A stretch of 64,000 nt of DNA from positions 26,497,233 to 26,561,232 of the forward strand of contig OZ316892.1 of NCBI GenBank assembly GCA_973895155.1, in the 5' to 3' direction. Positions 1 through 13,256 of the stretch are shown piece after piece. Source of the DNA: Marsupella aquatica (taxonomy: Eukaryota > Plantae > Marchantiophyta). How positions within the stretch are numbered: position 1 is the first letter of the stretch; every line of letters begins with the position of its first letter. The notes below the pieces were generated by a model that was not told the DNA's origin, searched no databases, and saw only the letters and a list, made by a program, of their open reading frames with translations. A program made the position numbers and the translations under genes.

Positions 1-3000
1 GTGCAGTCACAGGTCCAGCTAGATGTTTTGAGGAGAGAAATCTGGCTGGAGGGGAGCAACAGTAGGCTAGTTGTGACCACAACCAATTCTGGCCTTGACT
101 CCCAGTCAAACACTTACAAGGTCGATTTCTCCCAGTCAAACACTTACGAGGTCGATTTCTTGGGCTACCAAGAATCGCGAGAATTGTTTTGTCATTATGC
201 ATTTCAAAACAGGGCCAGACCGGAGTGTCTCGCAAATCGTCTTCAACAAGTAATACAGAGATGCGGAAATTTCCCGTTGTCTCTCAAAATCCTGGGTAGT
301 TATTTGAGTGCAAAGGACGTGGATGACCAAAACCTGTGGAGCGATCTTCTTGTGAAGCTGGAAAATGCGGAAGAAGTTGCTAGCGGTCCTGATTACGGAC
401 TATGGGCAAGGTTAGGGCCCTGCTACTATGCTCTTGCGCCTTCAGAGCAAGAAATGTTTTTGGATGTTTCAGTTGTGTTTAGTGGTTATCCGTTGAACTT
501 GGTAAAGTGCGTGTGGAGCGCATGTCGGCAGTGTCCAACCATAGGGTGGAGGAATTTGGAGCGAGGATTTTTGGTCAGTGAGCATGGAGGGAGAATTTGG
601 ATGCACGAATTGTTGAGAAATCTAGGTCGAAGTATTGCATGTCCTCAAACATCTCCAAATAGCTGTGTTGACAAGTGGAGACGAATTTCTAGCGGATGCT
701 TGGAGAGGGATTTTATTGCCAAGTATCAGGTAATTTTACCATTCAGATTATTCCTATTGCTCAAACTCGGCATTCTCCAATGTATAGAAAGTGGCTGCTC
801 AACAATATATTAGCATTCGAAGATTTTTTCAATCAACTCAGTGTAATTGAGAAGATCGACCATGACTTGCTGTTACTTGATGATGCAGGGGTTTATGGAG
901 TCACTTTCGTTGGAGCTTCAAGCGCACGACAACGAAAGGTTGAGCTTGACAAACACGACACTAGCACAATATGTGAAGCTTGAATACTTGATCCTGGATG
1001 GTGTCGAGATGACTGAAGCAAGAGTGGAACTCCCCGGGTCCTTGGTCTATTTGAAATGGAAGGGTGCATTATTTGAGACTTGCCCCGTGGATTTCAACGG
1101 CTTGGGAAATTTGGTCGTCCTTGATCTACAATTCTGCAAAGCCATGACAAGTCTTCCTCCGAGTGTGGTGATAGCAAAGAAGCTGAAGTGGTTGGAGTTG
1201 GAAGGTTGCCAATCCCTCACAAAGCTGCCCGAAGGTCTGTATGAATTTAGTGATCTCGAGTACTTGGGCCTGACGATGACAGGCGTGGGCAAGTTGTCAA
1301 GCAAGTTGAGAAAGTTGAAGAAGCTGAAGTGGTTTCGAGCTGACCAGACGGGTTTGGCACGAGTTCCTGACGCGATAGGTCGCCTTACGATGTTAGAGAC
1401 TCTCGATATCAGCAGCACGACTGTGACAGTCCTACCAGAGTCCATTGGGGCTCTCAAGCACTTGAAAACTCTAAATGCCCGCTACACCTTGTTGAGCTCG
1501 TTGCCAGAGTCAATTGCTGATCTCGAGCTCTTGGAAACTCTAGATGCGGGAAACACATTCTTGAGGGCTTTGCCGGAGAGGATAGGTTGTCTCCGAAACT
1601 TGCAAGCCTTGTCGCTGGATGCGACCCGTATGGAGAGTCTGCCGGAATCATTGGGGAATGTCGTTGGATTGGAGTACTTGAACTTGAGGTCCACTCCCTT
1701 AGAAACACTACCGGATTCAATTTGTTTGCTCCGCTCTCTCGAAACCCTATTTTTGGATGACACACGAATAAGCACAGTTCCGGATGCATTTGGAGAGCTT
1801 GAGAGCTTGAATTCGTTGGACCTAAGCGGGTCAAGGGTGAGGTCCTTTCCGGAGACATTCAACAAGCTCTCCGAGCTGGTGTCTCTTCGGTTTACAGTCT
1901 CGACAAGTTTGAATGATGGCACACATCCATCAGGCTCAGGGACACACTCCACAATTTCGCGCAGCCGCCAAGATTTCTGGTGTGCGGTGGGCTTTTTAGC
2001 AGGAGAGAATCTTGAAGTCGAAGAGGAAGGGGAGATACCAGCTATGAGCCGCGCTCTTTTCTCCTTTACATTTCCGTTGTATAGAGTCAGGAGGCTGTCG
2101 ATAGTTGTTAAAAATTTCAGCGAATCTTCAATTCCAACTCTTTTTAATGCATTGAAAGAAATGACCTCCCTTGGTCACTTGAGTCTGGACGGGTTCAATG
2201 AGGTAGAGGCATTCCCTTCTGAACTAGGAACGCTAACTGGTTTAGAGACACTCGCAATCACATCTTGTGAGAGACTACGGGAGTTGCCTGATTCGTTCAG
2301 CTTGCTCAAGGCGCTGACTGAGCTAGAGTTAACTAACCTGCCGAGGCTGCTCAGACTCCCGGAGGGTCTAAACTGCGGCACGTGCATGGAAATTTTGACT
2401 GTAGTTAATTGTGGAAGCGTGCAGAGCATGCCCAGGTGTTTTGGGCACAAGTCCCCTTTGGACAGAGATTCCTCCCCAGCAGGTTCCGACGAAAGTGGGA
2501 ACTCCGACTCCAACCCCACTGTGTCTCAGGGGTTTAAAGTAATAGACATTACTACCGACTCGTGGAGACTCCTGCGATGCTGCCTAGAATGTCGTACGGA
2601 TCAAAGCTATAGCTTTCACATTATGTTCGGCATTAAGTGTGAGGAGATGGAGATGGAGACGGCGATGAAGATGGCAGTGAAATTGAAAGGGGATTCGGAG
2701 GCGGAATTCAAGTTGCCCACGACAGAGTTGAGGAAGCTGTGTTTGGAATGCCAAGTGGGAGATGACGGCCTCCATGGAAGCTTCACACCCTCCACAATCT
2801 GGGCCCCTTTGAACCTCGTGTCAAAATCTAAGATATATTTAGAAGCTGCAAAGAGTCATGAATGGAGATGGATCCACGAATTGCGAGTGAGAGTGCTGGA
2901 CATGGACGAAGAAGACAGTGAAGGCAAAGATGACAGTAACATAGAGGATTCAGACGAAGACACAGAGGACAGTGAAGACGGTTCAGACAACATTGAGGAG

Positions 3001-3105
3001 GCCCAAGGCATAGAGGACCAGGATAGCAAGCAAAGTGACGATGAGGAGATCCAGGCAAAGCGCAGGAAATTGAATGATTGGTCAAATGCAGGAAATTCGA
3101 CATAG
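1..3105 (+). CDS. NB-ARC-LRR immune receptor, 3' part (5' end outside window); exons <1-729 and 889-3105; paralog of 56389-61529
   Basis: RNBS-B (SRLVVTTT), GLPL-like GNFPLSL, MHD-like WMHELL. GT-AG phase-0 intron 730-888 (KYQ|GFME) joins the two ORFs. Many LxxLxxLxL LRRs, acidic tail ending AKRRKL. Confidence 0.9.
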
Positions 3106-4490
3106 AGATGGTTGGTACAGCTCTGAGGCTTCTCCTTCCCTTAAGTCCATCCCTCGTGTGAGCAGACACTGCCTCCAGCACCACTCTTCTCCATTGCCAA
3201 TGACTAGTCTAGCAACATTGCTTGACTGAAATTCGGCTATGTAACTTGAGAAATATTCAACGGCAGGTCCATTATTCCCGACATGCTGTCGTTATGAGAT
3301 GATTCCTACTGTGCTATTCCACTGAATTCCACTGAATTAAATAAATAAAAGTGCTTGAAGGGGGTCATTCTTGCAACATTGAGAATGTACCTGAAGTGAG
3401 TTGTGCTATTGTTGTTCCTGTGTGAGGCACTTGCCATTCTCTCTCTGCTCTAATGGCAATACACTGTAGTCATGCCATGTTAAAGAGTACAGCTCCTGCT
3501 GCCAGGGTTGGATGGATTTCTGGAAGAAGATCTAATCTTTGTTGCCTTAGAAATTTGCAACTGAGACATTGGTAATGGGCGAAAGAAGAAAAGCACCACT
3601 ATTCTGCCAGAATGACTGGAAGTTCTCTGACAAATTCGCTTGACAACCCAGCACGGTCTCCATCCTAAGACCTCATCATTTTATGAAGCAAAGCACAAAA
3701 ACTTTCCCCCAAAAACGAAGCCAAATTTGCAACAGGGAGTTCATCCCATGCAAGACATTCCAAAATGTGACTCCCATGTAAAACTAACAAATCCTTGCGG
3801 GAGCCCTCGTCGACAACCACTTTTACTGCTGTGTACAACGGTTGCATCTGGACAAAGCAGAGTAAAGAGCCTTGTTGTCAAAAAACATTAAATGGAGACA
3901 TAATGTTGAACTAAAGTAACTGGAACCTTCAACTCAGCAGAGGCTTCCGCTGGATTGGTATGGCGTCTCGCATCCAAGACAGACCTTCAGAATTGTCTTC
4001 ATCGTCTTCTTCCCATTCGTTGTCGTCTTCTTCCACATTATCATCTTTATTGTCATAATGAAGGTCAGCATGTTGTCTCTTTCTGGAACTTCTGCTGAGG
4101 TATTACAGCTACATGCATTCAAGTCAGCAACAACAAACATAGCGTAAGTAAACATATTGTAATTACTGTAGTTGATACTGGGATGCTCAATCTTGAACTT
4201 TGAGGAGCTCTTCAGCGAGCTTAGGAGTCACTATCACTCAAGGTACAACAAAGAAAATGGAGAGCAAGAGTCATTTTCAGGAGCACGAGCCTAACAGCAC
4301 TCTATGGAAGACAGAAGTAGAGCAGGGGCTAGGAGCGTGAGTCGAACAGTCAGTGTAAGGAAAGAAAATGGACACAACAGTGAGGACAAGTCCGACCGTG
4401 AGTTTAACACAGTAGCACTTGGAGGCCACAATGACAATGATGCCTGTAACAAAACCATTGCGAAGCAGACCTCGACTTAAGCCCCAATCA
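3100..4490 (+). repeat. NLR 3' flank duplicated at ~61620-62990
   Basis: Colinear matches, e.g. ctcgtgtgagcagacactgcctccagcaccactcttctccattg, gagacattggtaatgggcgaaag, gagcttaggagtcact, gaggacaagtccgacc. Ends approximate. Confidence 0.8.
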
Positions 4491-4659
4491 ATCAAGCAAC
4501 CCAGCAATTGACTACGCAACCATCATTCAACCAAAACGTTTTCCTCTTCTCGGTGCGGCTCGTTGCAGGCACACTCAATATGTAACAACCTTGTCTTTCA
4601 ACATGGCAATCCAAGGCAGGCTACTACGGAGCCCTTCAAAGCCAAGGCACCAATGACAC

Positions 4660-5130
4660 ATAAGATGAAGACACAGGAGGACAGCGAAGACGCTTTGGAC
4701 AACAATAGAGAGGCCCATATAGGACCAGATAGCAATCTAAGTGACGATGAGGAGATGAATGCAAAGCGCAGGAATTGATTGACTGGTCAAACACAGGCAT
4801 TCCGAACTTACAGATGGTTGATTAAAGCTTCTCCTTCCCTTCAGTACCTTTCCTCCTGCCTGAATCACTGCGCTCCTCCATCATAGCGACACACTACTGC
4901 CGAACTCAAATCCGCCCATGTATCTTCAAAAATATGTAATTGCAAGTATGTTACCATAGGTATTCTACAGTTTTATTGCAGTCATCTTGCACATGGAATT
5001 GGCTGTTGCTACAGTCGCTGCGTGTGATTGCCTGAACGGTTATCTTTTTGAGGCGTTGCCATTTTACGCCATCTTAAGAGTACAGTACCTGCTGCTAGGG
5101 TAACTAAGAATGAATTTCTCGATGATGGTC
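4660..5130 (+). pseudogene. Remnant copy of NLR C-terminal tail and 3' UTR
   Basis: TQEDSEDALDNNREAHIGPDSNLSDDEEMNAKRRN resembles the tail at 2960-3105; the following sequence resembles 3110-3500. Confidence 0.7.
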
Positions 5131-7826
5131 TATTCATATTGTGCAATCTGAGTCACTGTGTGACCTTTTGGTGTGCCATTCTGCAGCTTAGTTGTTTCCA
5201 CTGCTCTGGTGAAAGCTGTGAAATGCGAGGCCAGCTCTATGCGGATGGTTGGCGAATGATTTTAACAAAAAGGGTTTAGCCAATTTTACTGTGTCCTTGC
5301 AGCGATTGCGAGTATTGACATGTTGATCTCTAATGCGTTTTGCACACATGGCTAGACGAATTCAAGAAGTTGGAACGTGCCATTGAGTCCATCGAACCTG
5401 AGAAATTGGATTATATGTCGTTCCCATTTCGATGGATTATAAAAGTGTTATCGAATGTAGAGGAACTTGTTTCAGAGAGTAACAGATAGAATCCTCCATT
5501 CTTTCTCCTAATTTGTAGTGAAATTGGAACGAAGAGGTTCAGATTCCGGAAATGACTTTTTTTGATTCCGTCACTCTTTGTACATTTTAGTGAATCATTA
5601 GACGTATAGCTTTCAATTTTTTGCCTCAAAAAACTCATTGAAATTCATCCAAAAAGCCAGCATACAACATTGGTGGCCCACAAAAGGGGGTCATCACCAG
5701 GGGGACCAAAGGTCGGGGAGTCAAGGGGACCGGAGAGGCCCGGTACCAGGAGAGAAGCCAGCCCAGCACCCAGGGAGCCAAACAAGACATTCAACTACTG
5801 CAGAAGGAGCGACATAACTCCAAAGACTGGCCAGTGGAGAGGTACCAGCAGGGCACCAAACAGTGGGTCCATGATATAGTCAAAAGCAATATTATGAGGC
5901 TTAAAATCTTCTATAGCTCCCCTCTCAGAATCAGATCTTGATGCGTACATCGCAGTCTGTGTCTGAGAACTCGGTTCGCATTATCAGAGGTTTACACTTC
6001 AACTTCCCTAAAATTGGCTTGAATCCTCTTGAATTTCCATGGTTCCTCACGGGGTTCCTCATAATTGTAGCGTCCTCTGCATTCCAGAATTTTATATTCA
6101 TATGGGAACATTTGGGGTTTGACATGAACAGCATCGATATCTGTTGCACTCGGCCTGATTCAATCAGTTTTCGAGGACTCCATTGTAGTGCCCCAAAGAT
6201 TTGAGTAGACAAATCTTAAACGGAGAAGAGATGATCGTGATTATCATGTTGAACAACCGAACATTTACCCAGCAACATGTGAATACAAAACTCACAGCGA
6301 CCTCCTGGTATAACTCTGTCTAAGTTAAGGTAAATGATCTTGTACAATATTGCTGAGTCCAGGATCTAGATACTCCAGTTCTTTCTCAGTGTATCTAATT
6401 TCTAGTGAGGGAGCGAATCTTGCATGTACTAGCGTGGAAGGAATCACGAAATCCAAAATTCGGTCAAGAAATCCAAAATTCGTCGGGAATATGTGAGTCA
6501 GCTGAGTTTCGCCCATAGAACCAGACGCGGCGGAATGGCACAACTCTAAAACTATATCAATGCGCCGCGAGCCCGCAATGTCAAAGACATGCCGCACTCA
6601 GGGTAACAATTGGACTGTCAGATCACGTTTCCATCGAAGAATCGAAAAAGAGAAGCAAACTGATTGTCATCTAGCAAGTACTATGTCCAAAACTGTAGCA
6701 ACGTTGACTCTCCAAATTTAGCTCTACATTTGGGTGCATGTTACCATCTGAGTGATCCCTTTACTGTTCAAGCGCGAAGCCTCTTCCAGGTAGATTTTGC
6801 TGCAGATTCGCATCAAGCAATTTGTGCTACCCGTGTCCAGAGAGTAAGTTGAGAGGGACTGATGATCATGATCGACTGCAAGTAATTCAGAAGTTGATGA
6901 TCTCGGAGTTCGATCGATACAGAACTTTCAAGCAAGTCCGACGATCAGAAACCTTCCTGGAAAGCTACCGCGACGTTTCAGACCACTTGCAAAGACACCT
7001 AAATGTGATCATTGCTATCAAGCCCGCTGTAATTGCAAGTCAAAAAGCAACAGCATATGGTGTACTGTGCTACTTGGCAAGTGTCCCCAGCTTAAAGGGA
7101 CTTTCCATAATTCATGATAAACCCAATTGAATGAATTGATCTTCAAGTGTCCACAAATTGAAGGGACTTTCCATATCATTTATCCCGTATCATTATTAAC
7201 CCAATTGATTTTCTACATCCCTGATTGTTATTCTTTCTACTTATCCTATATTGGCCATTTGTTTTGCAATTACCGCGACTCTATCAATACTAATGGCATG
7301 TCCTGGAAGTTTAGTGAAGGGAAAGCGCAAGGGAATAAAGAAAAGCAAAGATTTACTCATCGATCTGATAAAACATCAGAGTCAGCTTCGGATGACACGC
7401 AATCCCCGACTCTTAAGGGACAGGCAAGGCCAAGGATTGTTGGCCATGACCCGAATATCATGCATGTTGACATTATGACAGGTTAACCTGTGAAGAGCTC
7501 TCGGCAAGAAATTTATATCAGCGAAGCTAGGTCGCTAATTTGCAGTAAAGAAACCGAGGGGACAGACGACGATCCACGAAACGCTCAGACAGCTACAGCA
7601 ATCCACCAAGACTATTCACTTGATCCAAAAAAACCAGCGATGCCAGTCTTGCAATCCTGCTTTGAACGTGCTACGACAAAATGAGCACTTTAGCTTTAGC
7701 GTTTCTTGTACACTTGTGTTAAAGGTCTCGTGACGTGCATCTAATTGGAACCAGCAAATCAGTCTGGAATCTGGACAGAACGCACCGCTGGTCTGATGGC
7801 GTGTTCCCTGGCGCCAATGTTTATAC

Positions 7827-8127
7827 TGTTGGCAACATCTGAGTTACTCGTAAGCTAGGTAGAGATCTGAGTCACTCATGAGTTAGGAAGAGGCTGATCC
7901 GCTGACAGCATATCGGTATATAGGTGTAACTTAGGATTACCAACAGTTCAGCTCCGCACCTCTCTTGAATTGTCCCTCATGCTTACTTTACGGGAGAAGC
8001 ATTTGCTGTTGATCTTAGTTAGTAAAATATTCCATTGATCTCCCACTTATTCAGGCTCCCCCAGCCGCTATATATACTGCCGTTTGCGAGATCTTGTATA
8101 GCACACAATTTGGAGATTTCTCCGACA
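7827..8127. mobile_element. Probable solo LTR (301 bp)
   Basis: TGTTGG...CCGACA termini; absent from paralogous units B and C; imperfect 5-bp flanks tatac/catat. Confidence 0.5.
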
Positions 8128-8382
8128 CATATATAATCGATTGTGTGCCCTTCCCCGAAATCTGCTTCATAGACTCCAATTGCTTCAAAGTCCCGGCCCA
8201 TAGTTCTGCCGTTCACTCTCGAGTCCTGTACTACGATTTACACCTTTCCCAAGAAATGTGGAATCACTCTTCATTTGGCGCTTGTACTCTTCTCGTTAAG
8301 AGCTGTGCGGATCGAGAGGGTTCAATTTTGGATCGAGCTTTTCTGTAGCTGTTACTCGATCTACCTAGATCCGATACCAGCC

Positions 8383-9483
8383 ATGGCCGTAGTCGGTCTA
8401 ATTTCCCCGATGGTCACCACCATTTCACTTACACTAGCTGTAATCGTCCTATCCCTTGTCAGTTCAGGTGTAGTGCAAGGCAACTCTGATTCGGGCTCTG
8501 ATACCCTTCCTTTTCCGGTGCGCTCTGTCTATCAATTCCCCGTCAACACATTCGTCGAGAACCTAGCTGTTCGCTCCAATGGTCAGATACTGATCACGCT
8601 GATCACATCTCCCAATCTTTTTCTCTTGAACTCCAACCAGACCGGGCAACCGACACTCGTACACCGCTTCGATGGGTACGAAAGCATGTCGGGCATAGCC
8701 GAGTACAGGCCGGACATGTTCGCTGTCAGCACAGGAAACTTCACCCTCGCAGCTCGCAACATCGCCCCGAGCACATGGGCCGTGTGGAGAGTCGACATGC
8801 GCAACGTCCAGCAGCAGGCAGACGGAACTCTAAGCCCTGCTCCGTTAGTCTCCAAGATCACTGACGTCCCAAACGTTTTCCTGAACGGGATGTCTCTGCT
8901 GTCCGAAGACAAGGGCACCATCCTCCTCGGTGACTTCGTTGGTGGCCAAATTTTTCGGCTCAATGTTGAGACCGGAAATTTACAGCTAGTAATCGCCAAT
9001 ACCTTCACGGCTTCGGCTTCTTTAGCAAATCCAGGACTTCCACCCCTCGGTGTCGACGGCGTCCGTGTGCGAGGAGACTCTGTCTACTTTGCCAATGCAG
9101 GCAAGGGTATCTTCGTTAGGCAGCCGATCAATGAGGACGGAACGCCGAATGGGAAAGGAGTTATCCTGGCCAACGCTACATGGCAATTCGACGACTTCAA
9201 TTTCGACACTCATGGGAATGCGTATCTGGTCACAGGAAAGGGTAACTCGATACTGAGGGTCTCGCCCGATGGAAGTAATCAACAAATCATTGCCGGAGAC
9301 GTGTTCTCGACCCTGATTGCGGAACCAACTTCTGCCGCGTTTGGGAGGGGACCACGTGACCAAAATACTCTGTACGTGACTTCCGCTGGAGGATTGTTCG
9401 CGCCAATTAATGGATCCATCATCGTTGGTGGTCAGGTTCTCGCGATTACTACCAACGCGAAAGGAGTACCGACATTATTCTAA
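8383..9483 (+). CDS. Secreted six-bladed beta-propeller protein (SMP-30/gluconolactonase-like, fungal-type), 366 aa, intronless
   Basis: N-terminal hydrophobic signal; motifs VYQFP..FVENLAVRSNG, GIAE..PDMFAV, FLNGM, GVDGVRV, FDDF, PTSAAFGRG..LYVT. The ATG at 8383 is conserved in the paralogs. Confidence 0.85.
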   Translation: MAVVGLISPMVTTISLTLAVIVLSLVSSGVVQGNSDSGSDTLPFPVRSVYQFPVNTFVENLAVRSNGQILITLITSPNLFLLNSNQTGQPTLVHRFDGYESMSGIAEYRPDMFAVSTGNFTLAARNIAPSTWAVWRVDMRNVQQQADGTLSPAPLVSKITDVPNVFLNGMSLLSEDKGTILLGDFVGGQIFRLNVETGNLQLVIANTFTASASLANPGLPPLGVDGVRVRGDSVYFANAGKGIFVRQPINEDGTPNGKGVILANATWQFDDFNFDTHGNAYLVTGKGNSILRVSPDGSNQQIIAGDVFSTLIAEPTSAAFGRGPRDQNTLYVTSAGGLFAPINGSIIVGGQVLAITTNAKGVPTLF

Positions 9484-12400
9484 ACAAACCAGGAGATCGT
9501 TGTTTTCATCGATTTCCTTCTCCTCAAGTTCGAAAACTCTGAAATATTGTGTAGAAGAGATATATATGAACAGTGTTGATCGAGCACATCACACTCTTCT
9601 AGTTTGAGAAGACAAAATAGATTAGAATCATAGTTCTAGGTGTATGTAGGAGGTTGTTTGGTGACCATCACCTTGACCTTTGGAAATACACAGGGATGAA
9701 TCTTTTTTGGTTGGCCAATTTACGGCATTAATATTCGTACGCAGGATTTGGGTTTGTGAACGGCACAAAGGGAAACTAAAGTCCAAGTTTTCTGTACAAA
9801 AGTCGCCACGGTCCTTGGACTTTGTCAGTACGACTCCAGGCACTGCATCTAACTAAGGATACAAGTGAAATATAGGAAGATCTCCGGCCAGTAGTATCTA
9901 GAGATTGAATGTGTTTGTGACAGTGACCAGTAACACACCTCAGAAGTGTCACCTCTTGCTGTATATCTAGTCCCACACCAGACAAAAACACCCTAGGAGA
10001 AACAATTTTTAATTAATTGCAAGCTCGAGATTTTCGAATCAAATCTAACTCTTTTCAGGCGATTGGATGAGACTATCAACTTCATTCTGTTCAATTTCTG
10101 ATAAAGTCTTTGCCGAGTAATTTCATGCTATTGCCGGCAACCCTGTCCAATTTCCGCAGCATAGATATAGATAGACTAATTAACACCCAAATTTCAATTT
10201 CAAACGGAGCGTTCGCATACTAGTGCAATTTGTGGGAATGGCTACAGTACGATTAATCATTGACTGTCTGATTGCTACTTTAGCTTGTCCAACAAATTTT
10301 ATATTAGATCAATTCCAAGATCTCTTATGTCTTCTTCTTTGATTCTTTCTCTTCTCCAGTAATTGTCGCACTCGTGCTCAGAGTACTGTCGACCCGTTCA
10401 CTCTCCTTATATGGTCAGTTTACACCTTACGTCCAATTTTGTGGACCGTACGCTTGTTGAACAGCTTTCTGCGGCACTTTCGAAATGCCCGCAATCAATT
10501 ACGCAGAATGAGTTCTCCTTAACTAACGGCAATGCACACCTTTCTATGTCCAGGATTGTCCAAATTATGAAGTCAGAGCAGGAATCACACAACATCAATT
10601 ACGCACACAGTCGAGCAAGTTGATATCGAGGGAACTGAGGAGGTCCCAGGATTCGCTGGAGTTCATTCAAAAGGTTCGCACACTGCGAATGAGTGTTCAT
10701 GTAGTGGTAGCAGAGGCTACTAAATAACATACAAATCACTCAGGCATCAGGATTCTCAGAGATCGCTGCAGATTTACTGGAGAGCAATGAGAATAATATG
10801 AGTCAATAACCCGTGAAACTGTAGACGACCACCTCTAGGCTTTGTATAACTTTGCACTAATCAGCTTCCATGCTCACCATTAATACTGGTGGAGTAATTG
10901 AACACTGTTGTTGGAGGGAGAGAGTTTAAGCCATATCCCATTCAGTGCAATTTAACGAAATTTCAGCGAGGGAGAGGGTGTGACAGAAACGTCAGCTACG
11001 ATGGCCAAACGGTGACGTATGCAGATAACCTTTTTTCCAGAGTTTGGGGTCAGCCCAGCTCAGGCGGGCAGCCATCGTCATAATATAATGTAAAATATAA
11101 AATATCACAACAACTTTTCATGCAGGCCAGAAAGTAAATTGGTCCAAACAAATTAAATTTGCTTGAGAGCAAAAGAAAATTTACTACACAGGCCGAAAAA
11201 CAAAGAAACAAAAATGATCGCTGCAACTCTCCATGACAAGTCTCATTCTGGGCTCTTAGAATGAGGGGAAGCTTTTCACCAGCTACGGAATGGCTTCCAT
11301 GCAATGTCAATGGAACGAGGATAATGTAGCTGTGCTTAACGCTTGAAACAAATAAAATACACTTTGCAAGAGGCCAGAGCACTTTTTATTAACACTCAGT
11401 GAGGGAGCAGAAATCAGGAACGGGCAGCAAACGCTTCGAATGATACTCTAATTACCCAGACCCCTCAGAGACTCAAACACACTAATCTTGTACTCATCGA
11501 GATTTGCACAGATCTCCTTCGATTCTATGAGGACCGGTGAGTATTTCATCGAGATTTTCCTCCTGAACCATTCATCCACGCAAATTAATACACCAAGCAG
11601 GATGAGGCGTGGTATACCTCTACGGTATTCAGCCTCCATCTTCACGTGTGACATTAAACTGGAGTTCGCGGAAAGAGAGACATGACAGTGGCCACGGCGT
11701 CTTGGAGTCAAAGCACGATCAAGTGACAGTGGAGAGAAGTTTTGTTTTAGTTTGTTTTTCTTCATATTTAACTTAATTTGATTTCATTGAGGTAGGCACA
11801 AGCAGGGCAGCTCAGGCAGGTAGGTGAGACCGGAGCGATGTCCGGGTGGATCTGATAGATGATGCAGGAAAATCCATCTTTTGGTGAACTGCTAGGATTT
11901 GCTCTCGTGGTTTTTACTTTTTTTAAACACACCATCATTCACCACCATTTTTGGTAGGATTGTTTGTTATAGAGTTTGATAGATGATGCAAATTACATAT
12001 CATTTTAATTTGGACATATTTCACTTCACTAGGTTGTTTCCCCTTTGATTTGGAAATTGCCTTTGTCATACTTTGTTTCTCCGTGGCCATAAGCGTACAA
12101 ACGCACAAATTACGTTGTTGTCTAACTACAGTAGGCTACTCATATGAATCGAGAATCTCCACAACCCTCCAACTTCGGTGATTGAATACACATGAAACAA
12201 TGGGGAAATTGAAAAAAGAAGTCACCAGAGCTACCTACTATATTAGATGAAGCCCGCTGCCCGCCAACTGGGCAATGCTAATCTTGCTAATAAAGTGCTG
12301 TGCTAAGCTACTTTCAAGGGCTACTGTCTAGAGTAAAGCCTCTAGAAGGTAACTCTCAATAGGACAAAACTGAAAAGTGAAGGTGGACCCAAAAAAAAAA

Positions 12401-12904
12401 AGACAGAGAGCAAAGATTAACAAAACTGACATTGACTCTATAGTATGACAAAACTAGGAGTGACTTTCAATAAAGACAAAATAGAGATGAGGGTGAAAAA
12501 AAAGAGGCAGAGACAAACAAGAGCATCTTTGTTTACTAGATTTTTTTGTCTTATATTGTTTACGTTCAAAGATGGGTAATCAGGCTAGTAGATTATACTT
12601 GTCACATAGTGGGAGTTGGCTTGGTTGGTCACGCCCCCCAAGCAAGGCCCAGTTTGCCAGTTTTTGCATTAATTAGCAAGCTAGCCTTGGAAAAGCGCGC
12701 ACAGGGCTAAAACCTTTTCACTAGACCACAACTTTATAAGTACTTACCCACTTTTCAGTAAATGCACAAAATCATGATGCACCCTCTTATCAGTAAATGC
12801 ACAAAATTATGAAATTGAATGAATGCACAGATAAATGCATGCCCATTCTTAGTAGAGTTTAGAATGCACTTAAAGAGGGTGGGCACAGGATTAGGGCAGG
12901 CATT

Positions 12905-13256
12905 CAAAGTACAAGGGTGACTACTCACTAACAGAGCCCGTGCTCTAAATTCAAGAAAATAATATAAATCAAGTGCACTTATAGATAAATGCACTTTGGG
13001 GGGTAGCACTTATCAACTAATGCAACACCTGGTTTAGTGCATGCCTGAGCACATGCAAATAGAGAGAGTTAGTTATACAGGGATACAAAGTACAAGGGTG
13101 ACTACTCACTAACAAAGGGGCTCTAAATTGAACTACTCACTAACGGAGTGGCTCTAAATTTCACAAAAGAAATCTAAATCAAGAGCACTTATAAGTGCAC
13201 TTTGGGCGGGGTTAGCACTTATCAGGAATGCAACACCTGGTTTAGTGCATGCCTGA
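12905..13256. repeat. Imperfect tandem duplication (~180-200 bp unit)
   Basis: caaagtacaagggtgactactcactaac and atgcaacacctggtttagtgcatgcctgag each occur twice. Confidence 0.7.

Larger units (their letters stand above)
6540..11450 (+). repeat. Segmental duplication unit A (beta-propeller gene plus flanks)
   Basis: Colinear with 13790-24140 (+) and ~40500-45190 (-); 10850-11450 also recurs at 54520-54840. Boundaries approximate. Confidence 0.8.

Noticed and set aside
6664-7684. Short ORFs in the conserved upstream flank of the propeller units
   Set aside because: Frames are not preserved among the three copies; similarity is explained by duplication.
8275-8382. Upstream TTG extension of the propeller ORF
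   Set aside because: Paralogs start at the ATG equivalent to 8383, and the signal peptide follows it.
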